This document shows, in pieces, positions 20,141 through 29,003 of a stretch of DNA of 64,000 nucleotides. Numbering within the stretch: the stretch's first letter is position 1; every line of letters starts with the position of its first letter. Source of the DNA: an uncultured Methanosarcinales archaeon (lineage in GTDB: Archaea; Nanobdellota; Nanobdellia; Woesearchaeales; DSVV01); NCBI GenBank assembly GCA_964390375.1, contig CAYMIF010000001.1:45460-109459 (forward strand), read 5' to 3'. Made by a program: the position numbers and the translations under genes. The notes under the pieces were generated by a model. The model saw nothing but the letters and a program-made list of their open reading frames with translations. It did no database searches and was not told the DNA's origin.

Positions 20141-20226
20141 TCCTTGGTTTTGTTCTTTTATGTCACGATTGCGTAGTCACTATGGGCAAGCTTTTTATAT
20201 CCGATTGACATTTCGCAGTCTTATAA

Positions 20227-23200
20227 ATGAGAGGAATCAGATCAGAAGGTGATTTGAACCGGAGCAGGATCTCCTTTGAAAAAAGCAGTCTTCCAGTCAT
20301 GTGGGTAGACAGCAGTGCGAAAGTACTTGATGCCAATGATTCTGCATGCTCAAGCCTGGGTTACAGCAGAAAAGAGCTAAAAGATATGCATGTGTATGAT
20401 TTTGATATCCGTTGGGACAAAGAGAAGATTCTTTCAGAAGCACTGGAAAAGCTCAGAGAAAACAGGTCCATGACCTTCGAGTCGGTCCATCAGAGAAAAG
20501 ACGGTTCTAGATATCCTGCTGAGATAACATGTACTCTGTTCATTTGCAAGGGAAAGGAACTTATTTTCTGTTTTATCAAGAATATCACTGACCTGAAGAA
20601 GTCTAGGGAGATCTTGAGGAAAAGGTCAGAGAAGCTGAAGAATATCGTCGAGCATGCTAATGAAATCTTTTATGTACATAACACTAACCATATCCTGACA
20701 TATCTTAGCCCGCAGTGCAAGCAGATCTTTGGATATACTCAAGAAGAGATGAAAGTGAAATGGACGGATCTCAATACTGAAAATCCTCATAACAAGATAG
20801 GATATGAGTCAACCATGAAAGCGATGAGAACGGGCAAAAGACAACCTCCTTACCAGCTTGAGGTCAGGCACAAGTCAGGAAAAAAAATCTGGATAGAGAT
20901 CGATGAATCACCTCTTAAGGACAAGGACGGCAAAGTGATCGGGATGACTGGTGCTGTGCGTGACATAACAAAAAGAAAAAAGTCACTGAACATGCTGATG
21001 GTCAGACATAAGTTGAGCAGGGAGCTTAATTCTGCTTCAGGCCTAAAAGATGCTCTCAGAATCTGTCTGAAATATGCTATTGATATATCTGAGATGGACT
21101 GCGGCGGCATATACCTGAAGGATCCTGAGACTGGTAATTTCTGTTTGGAAGTGCATCGGGGGCTGTCTGACAGATTCATAGACAGGATAAGGGAATTTCC
21201 ACCAGATACGCCTAGCGCTAGGATGATATATAAAGGAGAGCCGATCTATTCAAGCTATGATAGGATGGAGAGCCTGACCGGTCCAAAATTAAGAAGTGAG
21301 GGTCTCAAAGCAATAGCAGCAATACCTATCAGGCATAAAAAAGAGATCATCGGGAGCCTGAATGTATCTTCGAGGAGCATAGAAAAACCTTCTTCTGAAT
21401 CAAGGATAGCACTTGAAATAATAGCTGCAGACATAGGTGATGCTCTTTTCAGATTCAGGGCAGAAGAAAGACTCAAACATAGCGAGGAGAAGTATAGGGC
21501 ATTGATCGAGAATATTCCTGTCGGCGTGTATACTGCAAAGCTTGATCCGGATAGCACCTATATTTACATCTCTCCAAAGGTCCTGAGGATTCTTGGAGTC
21601 AGCCAGAGTTATGTGAAGAGGAATCCTGATTTCTGGGTAAAACATGTTCATCCTGAAGACATGCCTTTGATCAGGACCGAAGTCGAGAGTACCAAGAAAA
21701 ATCATAAGCGTTTCTCCATGGAATACAGGATGTATCGGCACGACGGAAAGATGATCTGGGTGCATGATGAGGCAAACCAGATAGAAAGAAAAAGCGGTGA
21801 TGAAGGGGTAATGCAAGGTTTTATCGAAGACATAACTGACAGAAAGGAATCTGAGAGATCAATACAAATAGAAAAGGAGAAGGCGCAGAATTATTTCAAT
21901 GTCGCTGGGATTATCATGGTCGGGCTTGAGTCTGACCAAACCGTATCCATGATCAACAAGAAAGGATGCGAAACCCTAGAGCTCCCGGAAAATGAAATAA
22001 TCGGGAAAAACTGGTTCGATAATTTCATTCCAGAGGATTTCAGGAAAAAAGCGAGAGCAGCATTCTCCTGCCTTATGAAAGGCGATACTGAACCTTTTGA
22101 GTATGGTGAGAACCCAATAATCACGAAATCAGGAACAAGGTTGATAGAATGGCGTAATGCAATTCTTAGGGATGAGAATGGCGTCATCAGCGGCACAATC
22201 AGCTCTGGATTCGATGTCACAGAGAAACGCATGGCAGAAGAGGAAATCAAGCGCTCACATGAATTCCTCAAAGGCGTTATCAACTCTGCTTCAGACCTAA
22301 TATTCTCCGTCGACAAAAAAGGAGAGATAAACTCGTGGAACGAATCGATGGAATATGCCACTGGCTACCGGGCAAAAGACATAATCGGCAAGAACATCTT
22401 TGAATTAGATATATTCGTAGATACACAGATATTCCATAGCATAATAAAAGAAGAAAACATAATCGAAAGGAAAATACAAACGCCGGCTATGACAAGAAGC
22501 TCGAAAGTGCATCTTCTTGAGCTTACTTTGCCTATAATAGAGGCAATTGACAGGACACAAGGATATCTGTTTATCGGAAAGGACATAACTTCGTCTCAAA
22601 AGCTAAGAAAAGCAATAAGATTAAACCATTCCTATCTTCTTGTGGATACTGATGATGGTCATCATGAGTATTTTGAATCTCTGCAGAACTATCAGGGCAA
22701 GATCTATGTCACACGCAATATCGAACCAGAGGCCAGGCAGAGGCTTGAGAATCTTGGGGTCAAGGTATTTGAAATGGACCATGAGATGATGGCAGAAGAG
22801 GGTCTTGATAAACTTTTCAAGATGCTGCGCGAGTGCTCTGGACGGGGAAAGTGCATAATCCATATGGACAGAATAGACTATCTTATCGCAAGATTTGGAT
22901 TCAATCGGGTCATCAACCTGATCTATGACATAAATGACCATGTCAAGAAGAATCCTGCCACCTTCATACTGCATGCAGACTCAAATACATTGGATGAAAA
23001 GAACCTTCATCTTCTGCAGGCCGAGTTCCTTGAAATGCCTAAATCTGAACATGAGCTGGATGAACTGGAATCCGAGCTTTTAGATATATTAAGATTCATC
23101 TCAGAGAATACAGTGAAGAAGATCGCAACATCATTCAAGCAGGTAAAGAAGAGGTTCAACATATCCAATGTGACTACCCGAAAGAGGATCACCGAACTGG

Positions 23201-23301
23201 TCGAACTTGGATATATCGAAATCAAGAAAAAAGGCAGGTACAAGTACCTTATATTGACCAATGCAGGACAGAGACTTGTTTCTGACAATGAAAAAATTTA
23301 A
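20227..23301 (+). CDS. multi-domain sensor/regulator with several PAS domains, a GAF domain, a DUF835-like module and a C-terminal HTH
   Basis: PAS-like segments repeat (for example ...NIVEHANEIFYVHN...DITKRK and ...ENIPVGVYTA...DITDRK). A GAF-like region follows. The C-terminal NHSYLLVDTDDG...KIYVTRNIEPE...CIIHMDRIDYL resembles DUF835. The gene ends with the HTH-like TTRKRITELVELGYIEIKK. No histidine-kinase motifs were seen. Confidence 0.65.
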   Translation: MRGIRSEGDLNRSRISFEKSSLPVMWVDSSAKVLDANDSACSSLGYSRKELKDMHVYDFDIRWDKEKILSEALEKLRENRSMTFESVHQRKDGSRYPAEITCTLFICKGKELIFCFIKNITDLKKSREILRKRSEKLKNIVEHANEIFYVHNTNHILTYLSPQCKQIFGYTQEEMKVKWTDLNTENPHNKIGYESTMKAMRTGKRQPPYQLEVRHKSGKKIWIEIDESPLKDKDGKVIGMTGAVRDITKRKKSLNMLMVRHKLSRELNSASGLKDALRICLKYAIDISEMDCGGIYLKDPETGNFCLEVHRGLSDRFIDRIREFPPDTPSARMIYKGEPIYSSYDRMESLTGPKLRSEGLKAIAAIPIRHKKEIIGSLNVSSRSIEKPSSESRIALEIIAADIGDALFRFRAEERLKHSEEKYRALIENIPVGVYTAKLDPDSTYIYISPKVLRILGVSQSYVKRNPDFWVKHVHPEDMPLIRTEVESTKKNHKRFSMEYRMYRHDGKMIWVHDEANQIERKSGDEGVMQGFIEDITDRKESERSIQIEKEKAQNYFNVAGIIMVGLESDQTVSMINKKGCETLELPENEIIGKNWFDNFIPEDFRKKARAAFSCLMKGDTEPFEYGENPIITKSGTRLIEWRNAILRDENGVISGTISSGFDVTEKRMAEEEIKRSHEFLKGVINSASDLIFSVDKKGEINSWNESMEYATGYRAKDIIGKNIFELDIFVDTQIFHSIIKEENIIERKIQTPAMTRSSKVHLLELTLPIIEAIDRTQGYLFIGKDITSSQKLRKAIRLNHSYLLVDTDDGHHEYFESLQNYQGKIYVTRNIEPEARQRLENLGVKVFEMDHEMMAEEGLDKLFKMLRECSGRGKCIIHMDRIDYLIARFGFNRVINLIYDINDHVKKNPATFILHADSNTLDEKNLHLLQAEFLEMPKSEHELDELESELLDILRFISENTVKKIATSFKQVKKRFNISNVTTRKRITELVELGYIEIKKKGRYKYLILTNAGQRLVSDNEKI

Positions 23302-23327
23302 AAACCTGTATCCTAATAATCTGCTTT

Positions 23328-23549
23328 ATGGGAATTATCCAGAAATGGCTGCTCAAAAGAGCACAAAAGAAAGCAAAAGATGAGGAGAAAAAGCATATAC
23401 TCACTGATTCTGATATCAAAGAGGAAGAAAAGGAATTCCTTGATGAATCCATGCAACTGAAGAGCATGATAACTGATAAGAAAAAGCGAAAAACAGGTGC
23501 AAGAAAGAAAACAGCCAAGAAAAGCAAAAAAGGGAAAGAAAAGAGGTAA
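23328..23549 (+). CDS. possible small lysine-rich protein
   Basis: 73-aa ORF that is very K/E-rich. It overlaps the upstream region of the next gene. It could be spurious. Confidence 0.2.
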   Translation: MGIIQKWLLKRAQKKAKDEEKKHILTDSDIKEEEKEFLDESMQLKSMITDKKKRKTGARKKTAKKSKKGKEKR

Positions 23550-23553
23550 AAAT

Positions 23554-24198
23554 ATGAAGATCAGAATCGAGGCCACAAAAAAGGAGATGATATACTTTTA
23601 TTGCACTGTCGCGCTTCTTTTTGCAGTGTCTTTTCTTGTCGGCGGCTTCATGGTCGGCCACAGCGCCGGGCTGATAGGGGATATCGATCTTGCTTCAATC
23701 CCTGACAACAGCATAGGTTCTGTGAAGATCAAGGATCTTGATGTGCAGTCTGTTGACATAGCTGATAATGCAGTCGTAGACAGGCTGATACCAGATGATT
23801 CAATAACATCAGCAAAGATCGCTCCGAACACAATAACCGGTGCAGATGTCCAGGACAATTCTATAACTGCTGCGAAAATTGTGAACGTGGACTGGACTGA
23901 TATAATTAATGAGCCGGCAAGCGCAAGCTATGGCGGAATAGGCTACCGGCTTCCTTCTGCATCTTATACATGCACCCATCCGACACAAGGGAATGTACTA
24001 GCAACTCCAGATGATATCAAGATATTTGACAGGAGAGTCGATGTTATATATGAATGGTTCAGCTCAACAGTCTCTGGCTGCCCGGGTTCTGGAACATATG
24101 ATGAATATTACTGCTCAATCAGCTGGCGCGGGGCAGACGGCTGGATCGGTCCGGCAGGGTGCAGCTGTGGGACTTCTGCTGCGATACCCTGTCCATAG
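23554..24198 (+). CDS. membrane-anchored Cys-containing protein with D-x-S-I-x-S-A-K-I type repeats (paralogue 1)
   Basis: The start was taken at MKIRIEATKK. TM helix FYCTVALLFAVSFLVGGFMV. Repeats read IPDNSIGSVKI / IPDDSITSAKI / QDNSITAAKI. YTCTHP is present. The C-terminus is GCSCGTSAAIPCP. Confidence 0.45.
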   Translation: MKIRIEATKKEMIYFYCTVALLFAVSFLVGGFMVGHSAGLIGDIDLASIPDNSIGSVKIKDLDVQSVDIADNAVVDRLIPDDSITSAKIAPNTITGADVQDNSITAAKIVNVDWTDIINEPASASYGGIGYRLPSASYTCTHPTQGNVLATPDDIKIFDRRVDVIYEWFSSTVSGCPGSGTYDEYYCSISWRGADGWIGPAGCSCGTSAAIPCP

Positions 24199-24207
24199 AG
24201 CAGACGG

Positions 24208-24861
24208 TTGTTCAAATTGGAAATAGAGATCACCAAATTCAAATTTGTCATGATTTTACTAGTCCTGCTACTTGTTGGACTGTCAGTTGCGATAATCGGC
24301 CAGCCTACTGTCGGGCACAGGGCCTCTGATCTTGTCGGATTTGTTCCAATGTCTTCTCTTCCAAATTTCACTTCAGCAAAGATAATTGACATGGGGCTAG
24401 ACAGCATTGACTTTGCAGGCGATTCATTCACTACAAGCAAATTCTTAAACAGTGTTGTGAAATCCGACCATATCAGTAACCTGACCCTGACAGAAGATGA
24501 TTTCCTTTCCATAGGTGCAAATGACATTGATTCTGTCTTGTGGAGCACAGTGCAGAATGCACCTGATCTTGACTATGCAGTATTCGGGTTCACTGTGCCG
24601 CTCAATTATACATGCAACCATCCTGGCTATCCAGGAATCGAATTTGCTGAACCTAATTCTGATGATGTATATGTCATCTATAACCAGAGAATCTCAATCA
24701 AATACAACTGGACCACGTCAAATGCTTCCAGCTGCACAGGGAATCCTTCAGCGAATATAACAGAAGAAGGATGCGTTGTCTATTATCAGGGCAATCTGGG
24801 CTTCAATCCTGTTGGTTGCGACTGCAGTGTTCATGTAGAAGGGGCAGGGACATGTCCATGA
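24208..24861 (+). CDS. membrane-anchored Cys-containing protein (paralogue 2 of 23554..24198)
   Basis: The architecture is the same: TM VMILLVLLLVGLSVAII, then VGHRAS, YTCNHP, and a C-terminal GCDCSVHVEGAGTCP. Confidence 0.45.
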   Translation: MFKLEIEITKFKFVMILLVLLLVGLSVAIIGQPTVGHRASDLVGFVPMSSLPNFTSAKIIDMGLDSIDFAGDSFTTSKFLNSVVKSDHISNLTLTEDDFLSIGANDIDSVLWSTVQNAPDLDYAVFGFTVPLNYTCNHPGYPGIEFAEPNSDDVYVIYNQRISIKYNWTTSNASSCTGNPSANITEEGCVVYYQGNLGFNPVGCDCSVHVEGAGTCP

Positions 24862-24869
24862 ATCCCTTC

Positions 24870-25571
24870 TCAGACGCTTTTTAGGACCTGTGTTATGTCT
24901 TCTCCTCTGACAGAGCAGCCTGAGAGCTTGACTGCCCAAAGCACACCTTCCAAGACTGCTTTTCTGAGATCCGGGACGATCTCATTCTCGTCTTTCAGCA
25001 TATACCTGTCCAGAAGCCCGAGATCGTATGCTACCTTTGCAAGCTCGAATGATCTTATGACCCTGAGGCCTTTGAGCCTTTTTGAGATTGATCTAAGATT
25101 CTCCTTGTTGGTGCTGATATTGGTATGCAGCTTTCTTCTAAGTCTCTTTTCAATCAGTTTCGGATTCTCTATCAGGTCTCTTGTTGTCCTCTCGTCTATC
25201 ACTATAGCCTGAGAACCTTTTTTTATGGCTGCTGCTATGACCTCTATCTCACCAGGATGCACTATCTTTATCCAGTTGCCATGCGCGCTGAAGGTGGTGT
25301 TTGCAATGTCAAGCAGCTCTTTTGCCTCATCAGATATAGTCTTGTCTTCCAGAGTCTTAATTATCCCCCTTGATATGAGCGGCAGCACCTGAAGCGCTTC
25401 GAACTTGTATTTTTTCGTGTTCAGAGGTCTTTCTATCAATTCTTTGTAGACTGCCCTTGTTATGAAGAAATCTCCGTCAAACCTTTTCTGAAGCGGCTCA
25501 ATCAGCCACAGGAGGTTGTTGAGCGTGAGGCTTATTATCGGGCCTGTGTCGAATATCAATGATCCTGCCAT
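24870..25571 (-). CDS. PIN-domain protein (putative toxin-like nuclease)
   Basis: The start was chosen at MAGSLIFDTGPIISL. Acidic PIN motifs are present: LIFDTG, FITRAVYKEL and QAIVIDERTTRDL. About 80 aa follow the PIN core as a C-terminal extension. Confidence 0.5.
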   Translation of the reverse strand: MAGSLIFDTGPIISLTLNNLLWLIEPLQKRFDGDFFITRAVYKELIERPLNTKKYKFEALQVLPLISRGIIKTLEDKTISDEAKELLDIANTTFSAHGNWIKIVHPGEIEVIAAAIKKGSQAIVIDERTTRDLIENPKLIEKRLRRKLHTNISTNKENLRSISKRLKGLRVIRSFELAKVAYDLGLLDRYMLKDENEIVPDLRKAVLEGVLWAVKLSGCSVRGEDITQVLKSV

Positions 25572-25576
25572 ATCTT

Positions 25577-26116
25577 TCACCTGAACAATGATTCTGCGAA
25601 CCTTATCCTTTCCATCACTGTGACCTGCTCGTCGAACCTGTCTGAGAGCTTTGTCTTGCCGATGTAGTTCATGAGCTCCCATTGGCTGAGACCAAGGATA
25701 TCTGCTGTCTGGCCGAGGCTGATCCCGTGGTCGTAGATCTTCGAGCCTTTCTTGATCTCTGCACGGTTGATTATATGCTGGATGTAAAGGTTCATCTTCT
25801 TATCTATCCTGGAGATCGTTTTGACTATCCTTTCGATAGTCAGGTCATATTTCTTGAAATTGCTTTTCCGAAGGTCCTGAAGGGCTTTCTTCAGAAGAGG
25901 GATCAGCTTTGGCCTGATCTTTTTGAGGCGGTCGCCCAGCTTCGAGAGTGCGTAGATTATGACCGCGATTGTCACAGATTCCTTGTCCTGGAAGATAGAT
26001 GCATTGTGGATTGTGTGGTTGGAGATGTCTGCCAGTGCATGGGTGTCATCTTTCTCTATCTTCTTTATGGTGTTATGAAGTATGTTTTGCAGATCCGCCC
26101 TTACTATGTCGTTCAT
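25577..26116 (-). CDS. UPF0175-like HTH protein (putative antitoxin partner of the PIN protein) with an extended N-terminus
   Basis: The C-terminal YDHGISLGQTADILGLSQWELMNYIGK resembles the UPF0175/COG2886 motif (ISLGKAAELAGMSRWEF) that pairs with PIN-like COG2405 proteins. It lies 5 nt upstream of the PIN gene. Confidence 0.4.
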   Translation of the reverse strand: MNDIVRADLQNILHNTIKKIEKDDTHALADISNHTIHNASIFQDKESVTIAVIIYALSKLGDRLKKIRPKLIPLLKKALQDLRKSNFKKYDLTIERIVKTISRIDKKMNLYIQHIINRAEIKKGSKIYDHGISLGQTADILGLSQWELMNYIGKTKLSDRFDEQVTVMERIRFAESLFR

Positions 26117-26235
26117 ATGGTGATTTTATTATCTTTGGAATATTTAAAGGTTTGGTCGTCTCTCTAGATATAGAAGGCCAGGATTTAACTGTTGCTTTCG
26201 TCAAAAATTTTATAAAGCCGGATTGATTATTCAAT

Positions 26236-27414
26236 ATGATGAAAAAGAAGCTATTGGACCTGATGAGGGGAATGGTGCCTCTGAACAAGAAACTCTCAGA
26301 ACAACTTGATTCGGTTTCGGGGCTGCTCTCTTCGAATGAACTAAAAGAGCTGCGCAGCAATCTGAAGACCAAAAGAATCAGGATGGAGGCTGCTTCGTTT
26401 GATGTGTCACCTGATATGGTAGCTGAACCCCCTGCTTATCCCAGGTTCCTGACAAAGCATGATGAGCTAGCAGGCCTGTGCGAGAGGATAAACAAGAAGA
26501 TCTCTTCAGGCATAAAGAGCAGGGTATTCTCAGAATTCTCAAAAAAAGCAAAAGATGTGATACCTAAGTTCATAGGCCGCGGAATTGTCGGGCTTGATCT
26601 TGTAAAATGTGCATGCGCGATACAGCTGTTTTCAAAGGACCCTTTCCATATACTCTGTCTTGGGGACCCGGGAACTGGCAAGACTGACATAATCAGGTCT
26701 GCTGCCGGCCTGCATCCGATCAATGCATTCGGACTTGGCTCAGGCACATCTGGCTCCGGCCTGACAGTCACTGTAAGGGGCAATGAGGTGCAAAAAGGAC
26801 TGCTTGCCATGGCAGACGGCGGAATCTGCGCTATCGACGAGCTGAACCTAATGGAGCAGAAAGACCGGGCATCGCTGTATAACGCTATGGAGAAAGGATT
26901 CTTTACATATGACAAAGGAGGGAAGCATTACAAGTTCGATGCCAGGATACGCGTTCTTGCAACAGCTAATCCTAAAGGTGACCGCTTCGACGGAAAGACC
27001 GTCAATACTCTGAAGAAACAATTGCCTTTTGATCCTGCACTTCTAAGCAGGTTCCATTTGGTTTTCCTTATCAGGAAACCCAATCTTGAAGAATTCATGA
27101 AGATAAGCAAGAAAATCGTCTCAGGCAAGAAGAAGAGCGAGCAGCCAGGAAACATCAGTTTCATTTCTGACTATATAGAGTTCTGCCAGGAATTGGAAGT
27201 GGAGATGCCTGCCAAATATTCTGAGCAGATAGTGAATTTCATCGCAGAAATCAAGAAGAACGAAGAGAAATATCTGATCGAAATCTCTCCGAGAACTGTT
27301 GTCGGGCTTTCGCGAATGGTCATGGCTGCTGCCAGGATGAGGTATGACAAAACAGTCAAGGATGAGGATGTGTGGCTAGTCATGGATATACTTAAAAGAA
27401 GCCTGGAAATCTGA
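26236..27414 (+). CDS. MCM-family AAA+ ATPase lacking the N-terminal OB/Zn DNA-binding domains (mini-MCM)
   Basis: Walker A ILCLGDPGTGKTD. Walker B GICAIDELNLM. MCM-specific DRASLYNAMEKG (compare DRTSIHEAMEQQ). Sensor-1 VLATANP. Arg finger LLSRFHLVFLI. Lid EISPRTVVGLSRMVMAAARMR. The 392-aa protein has only about 100 aa ahead of the ATPase core. Confidence 0.7.
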   Translation: MMKKKLLDLMRGMVPLNKKLSEQLDSVSGLLSSNELKELRSNLKTKRIRMEAASFDVSPDMVAEPPAYPRFLTKHDELAGLCERINKKISSGIKSRVFSEFSKKAKDVIPKFIGRGIVGLDLVKCACAIQLFSKDPFHILCLGDPGTGKTDIIRSAAGLHPINAFGLGSGTSGSGLTVTVRGNEVQKGLLAMADGGICAIDELNLMEQKDRASLYNAMEKGFFTYDKGGKHYKFDARIRVLATANPKGDRFDGKTVNTLKKQLPFDPALLSRFHLVFLIRKPNLEEFMKISKKIVSGKKKSEQPGNISFISDYIEFCQELEVEMPAKYSEQIVNFIAEIKKNEEKYLIEISPRTVVGLSRMVMAAARMRYDKTVKDEDVWLVMDILKRSLEI

Positions 27415-27488
27415 ACCATATATCTTCTTTGACCGTCAATTACGAAACCTTTTTATACTATGTTAAAAATGTTAATATCAGAGGGGAA

Positions 27489-28118
27489 ATGATAAAATTA
27501 TTCAAAAAACTGGTCAATCGGCTGTTTCGAGACCTTTTCCGCGAAAAAAAACAGAGAAAGCTCGGGCTATATGGACCTCCGAACGGCGGTAAGACCACGC
27601 TTGCTAACAGAATATGCATGGACTGGCTCGGGCAGGAGATGGGAAAGGCCTCAAATGTTGCGCACGAGACCCGTGAAATCCAGATCAAAGAACAGATCAC
27701 GATAAAATCAAAAGGAAAAGAACTTGCATTCAATCTCGTCGATACACCTGGAATCGCGACAAAGATAGACTATGAGGAATTCTTGAAATCCGGAATGAAA
27801 GAGAAGGATGCGAAAAAACGAGCAAAAGAAGCGACAAAGGGAGTTATCGACGCGATAAAATGGCTTGACAACATGGATGCAGTGATCGTTGTCCTGGATT
27901 CTACAATGGACCCTTATTCACAGGTAAATATCACTATAATCGGAAATCTTCAGGCACGTGACATACCTGTCATGATCGTCGGAAACAAGGTCGACCTGAA
28001 GAAATCAAACATCAAGAAATTACAATCTGCTTTCCCACAGTATGAAGTCGTGGGAATATCTGCTAAGTACGGCAATAATATCGAGGATTTTTATGAAGCA
28101 CTCCTCAAGATTGCCTAA
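27489..28118 (+). CDS. small GTP-binding protein (G domain only)
   Basis: G1 GPPNGGKTT. G3 DTPG. G4 NKVD. G5 SAK. The start was chosen at MIKLFKKL. It lies 15 nt downstream of the MCM-like gene. Confidence 0.65.
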   Translation: MIKLFKKLVNRLFRDLFREKKQRKLGLYGPPNGGKTTLANRICMDWLGQEMGKASNVAHETREIQIKEQITIKSKGKELAFNLVDTPGIATKIDYEEFLKSGMKEKDAKKRAKEATKGVIDAIKWLDNMDAVIVVLDSTMDPYSQVNITIIGNLQARDIPVMIVGNKVDLKKSNIKKLQSAFPQYEVVGISAKYGNNIEDFYEALLKIA

Positions 28119-28127
28119 AAAAGAACG

Positions 28128-28544
28128 GTGAATCGCATGCTGACACTACAATTCGTACCATATTCAGAGATTGAAGCACTGAATTCTTCCAAGAGAATAA
28201 AGAAGCTTCTTGGAATTGTCAAGGACAATAATATAGTGCTTCTCGAAGGCAGGCTGCGAAAGTCAGAAGAAACTGATCTGATCAAAAGGACAATGGAGGA
28301 GATCAGCGACGATTTCAAGGGAATCGAGCTTGGTGTCATATTTCCAGATAAAAAAGAGATGAAATTCTTTGCGATGCTCAAAGACAAGTTCATCAAGATG
28401 GTGCTTGGAGATCGCCAGGGATTCACTGTCATCGGTCCTGCGACAATCGTCAAGGAAATCAAGCAGGATCCTGGCAAGCTTCAACTCCTGACCCAAAACG
28501 AGCCCAGAAGCAGGAAAAAGGAGAGGAAGAAGAAAGGCAAATAG
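28128..28544 (+). CDS. DUF2073-like archaeal conserved protein
   Basis: 138 aa. This is my recollection of the DUF2073 family, which usually neighbours a GTPase and a Zn-ribbon protein in archaea. It has a basic C-terminal tail. Confidence 0.4.
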   Translation: MNRMLTLQFVPYSEIEALNSSKRIKKLLGIVKDNNIVLLEGRLRKSEETDLIKRTMEEISDDFKGIELGVIFPDKKEMKFFAMLKDKFIKMVLGDRQGFTVIGPATIVKEIKQDPGKLQLLTQNEPRSRKKERKKKGK

Positions 28545-28607
28545 GACAGCCCATGAGCGCTGATTTCTTCAAAAGCTTTAAATAGATAGCTGGATTCTAT
28601 TCATTCT

Positions 28608-29003
28608 ATGCCACACCAATGCGTCAGATGCGGAACATTCTATGAAGACGGAGCAGGAGAGATTCTAAAGGGCTGCTCATGCGGAGCGAAGCTTTTCTTC
28701 TATGTAAAACAGGAGAAGCTGGACAAGGCCAGGCAGATGTCTGCCAAGCTCAGCGATGACGAGAAGCATCAGATCGAGAAGGATGTCCTGGATATCGTCG
28801 GGATGGAGCCTGACGAGGACAGCTCAGTTGTCCTTGACATAGAATCAGTCAATGTATATCAGCCCGGCAAGTTCGAGATAGACCTCGTAAAGCTGTTTGA
28901 CAAGGACAAGCCGCTTGTCTATAAGCTTGAGGAAGGGAAGTATGTCATCGATGTGGCTGAGAGCTTCATGAGATCGAAAGATTATATTGAGGAGAAGAAG
29001 TGA
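28608..29003 (+). CDS. Zn-ribbon protein (DUF2072-like)
   Basis: CVRCG...CSCG forms a four-Cys ribbon at the N-terminus. 131 aa. It follows the DUF2073-like gene. Confidence 0.45.
   Translation: MPHQCVRCGTFYEDGAGEILKGCSCGAKLFFYVKQEKLDKARQMSAKLSDDEKHQIEKDVLDIVGMEPDEDSSVVLDIESVNVYQPGKFEIDLVKLFDKDKPLVYKLEEGKYVIDVAESFMRSKDYIEEKK

Noticed and set aside
26073-26372. 99-aa minus-strand ORF spanning the divergent promoter between the UPF0175-like gene and the mini-MCM
   Set aside because: It overlaps the 5' ends of two better-supported divergent genes. Its composition (S/F/E-rich) is typical of a spurious frame.
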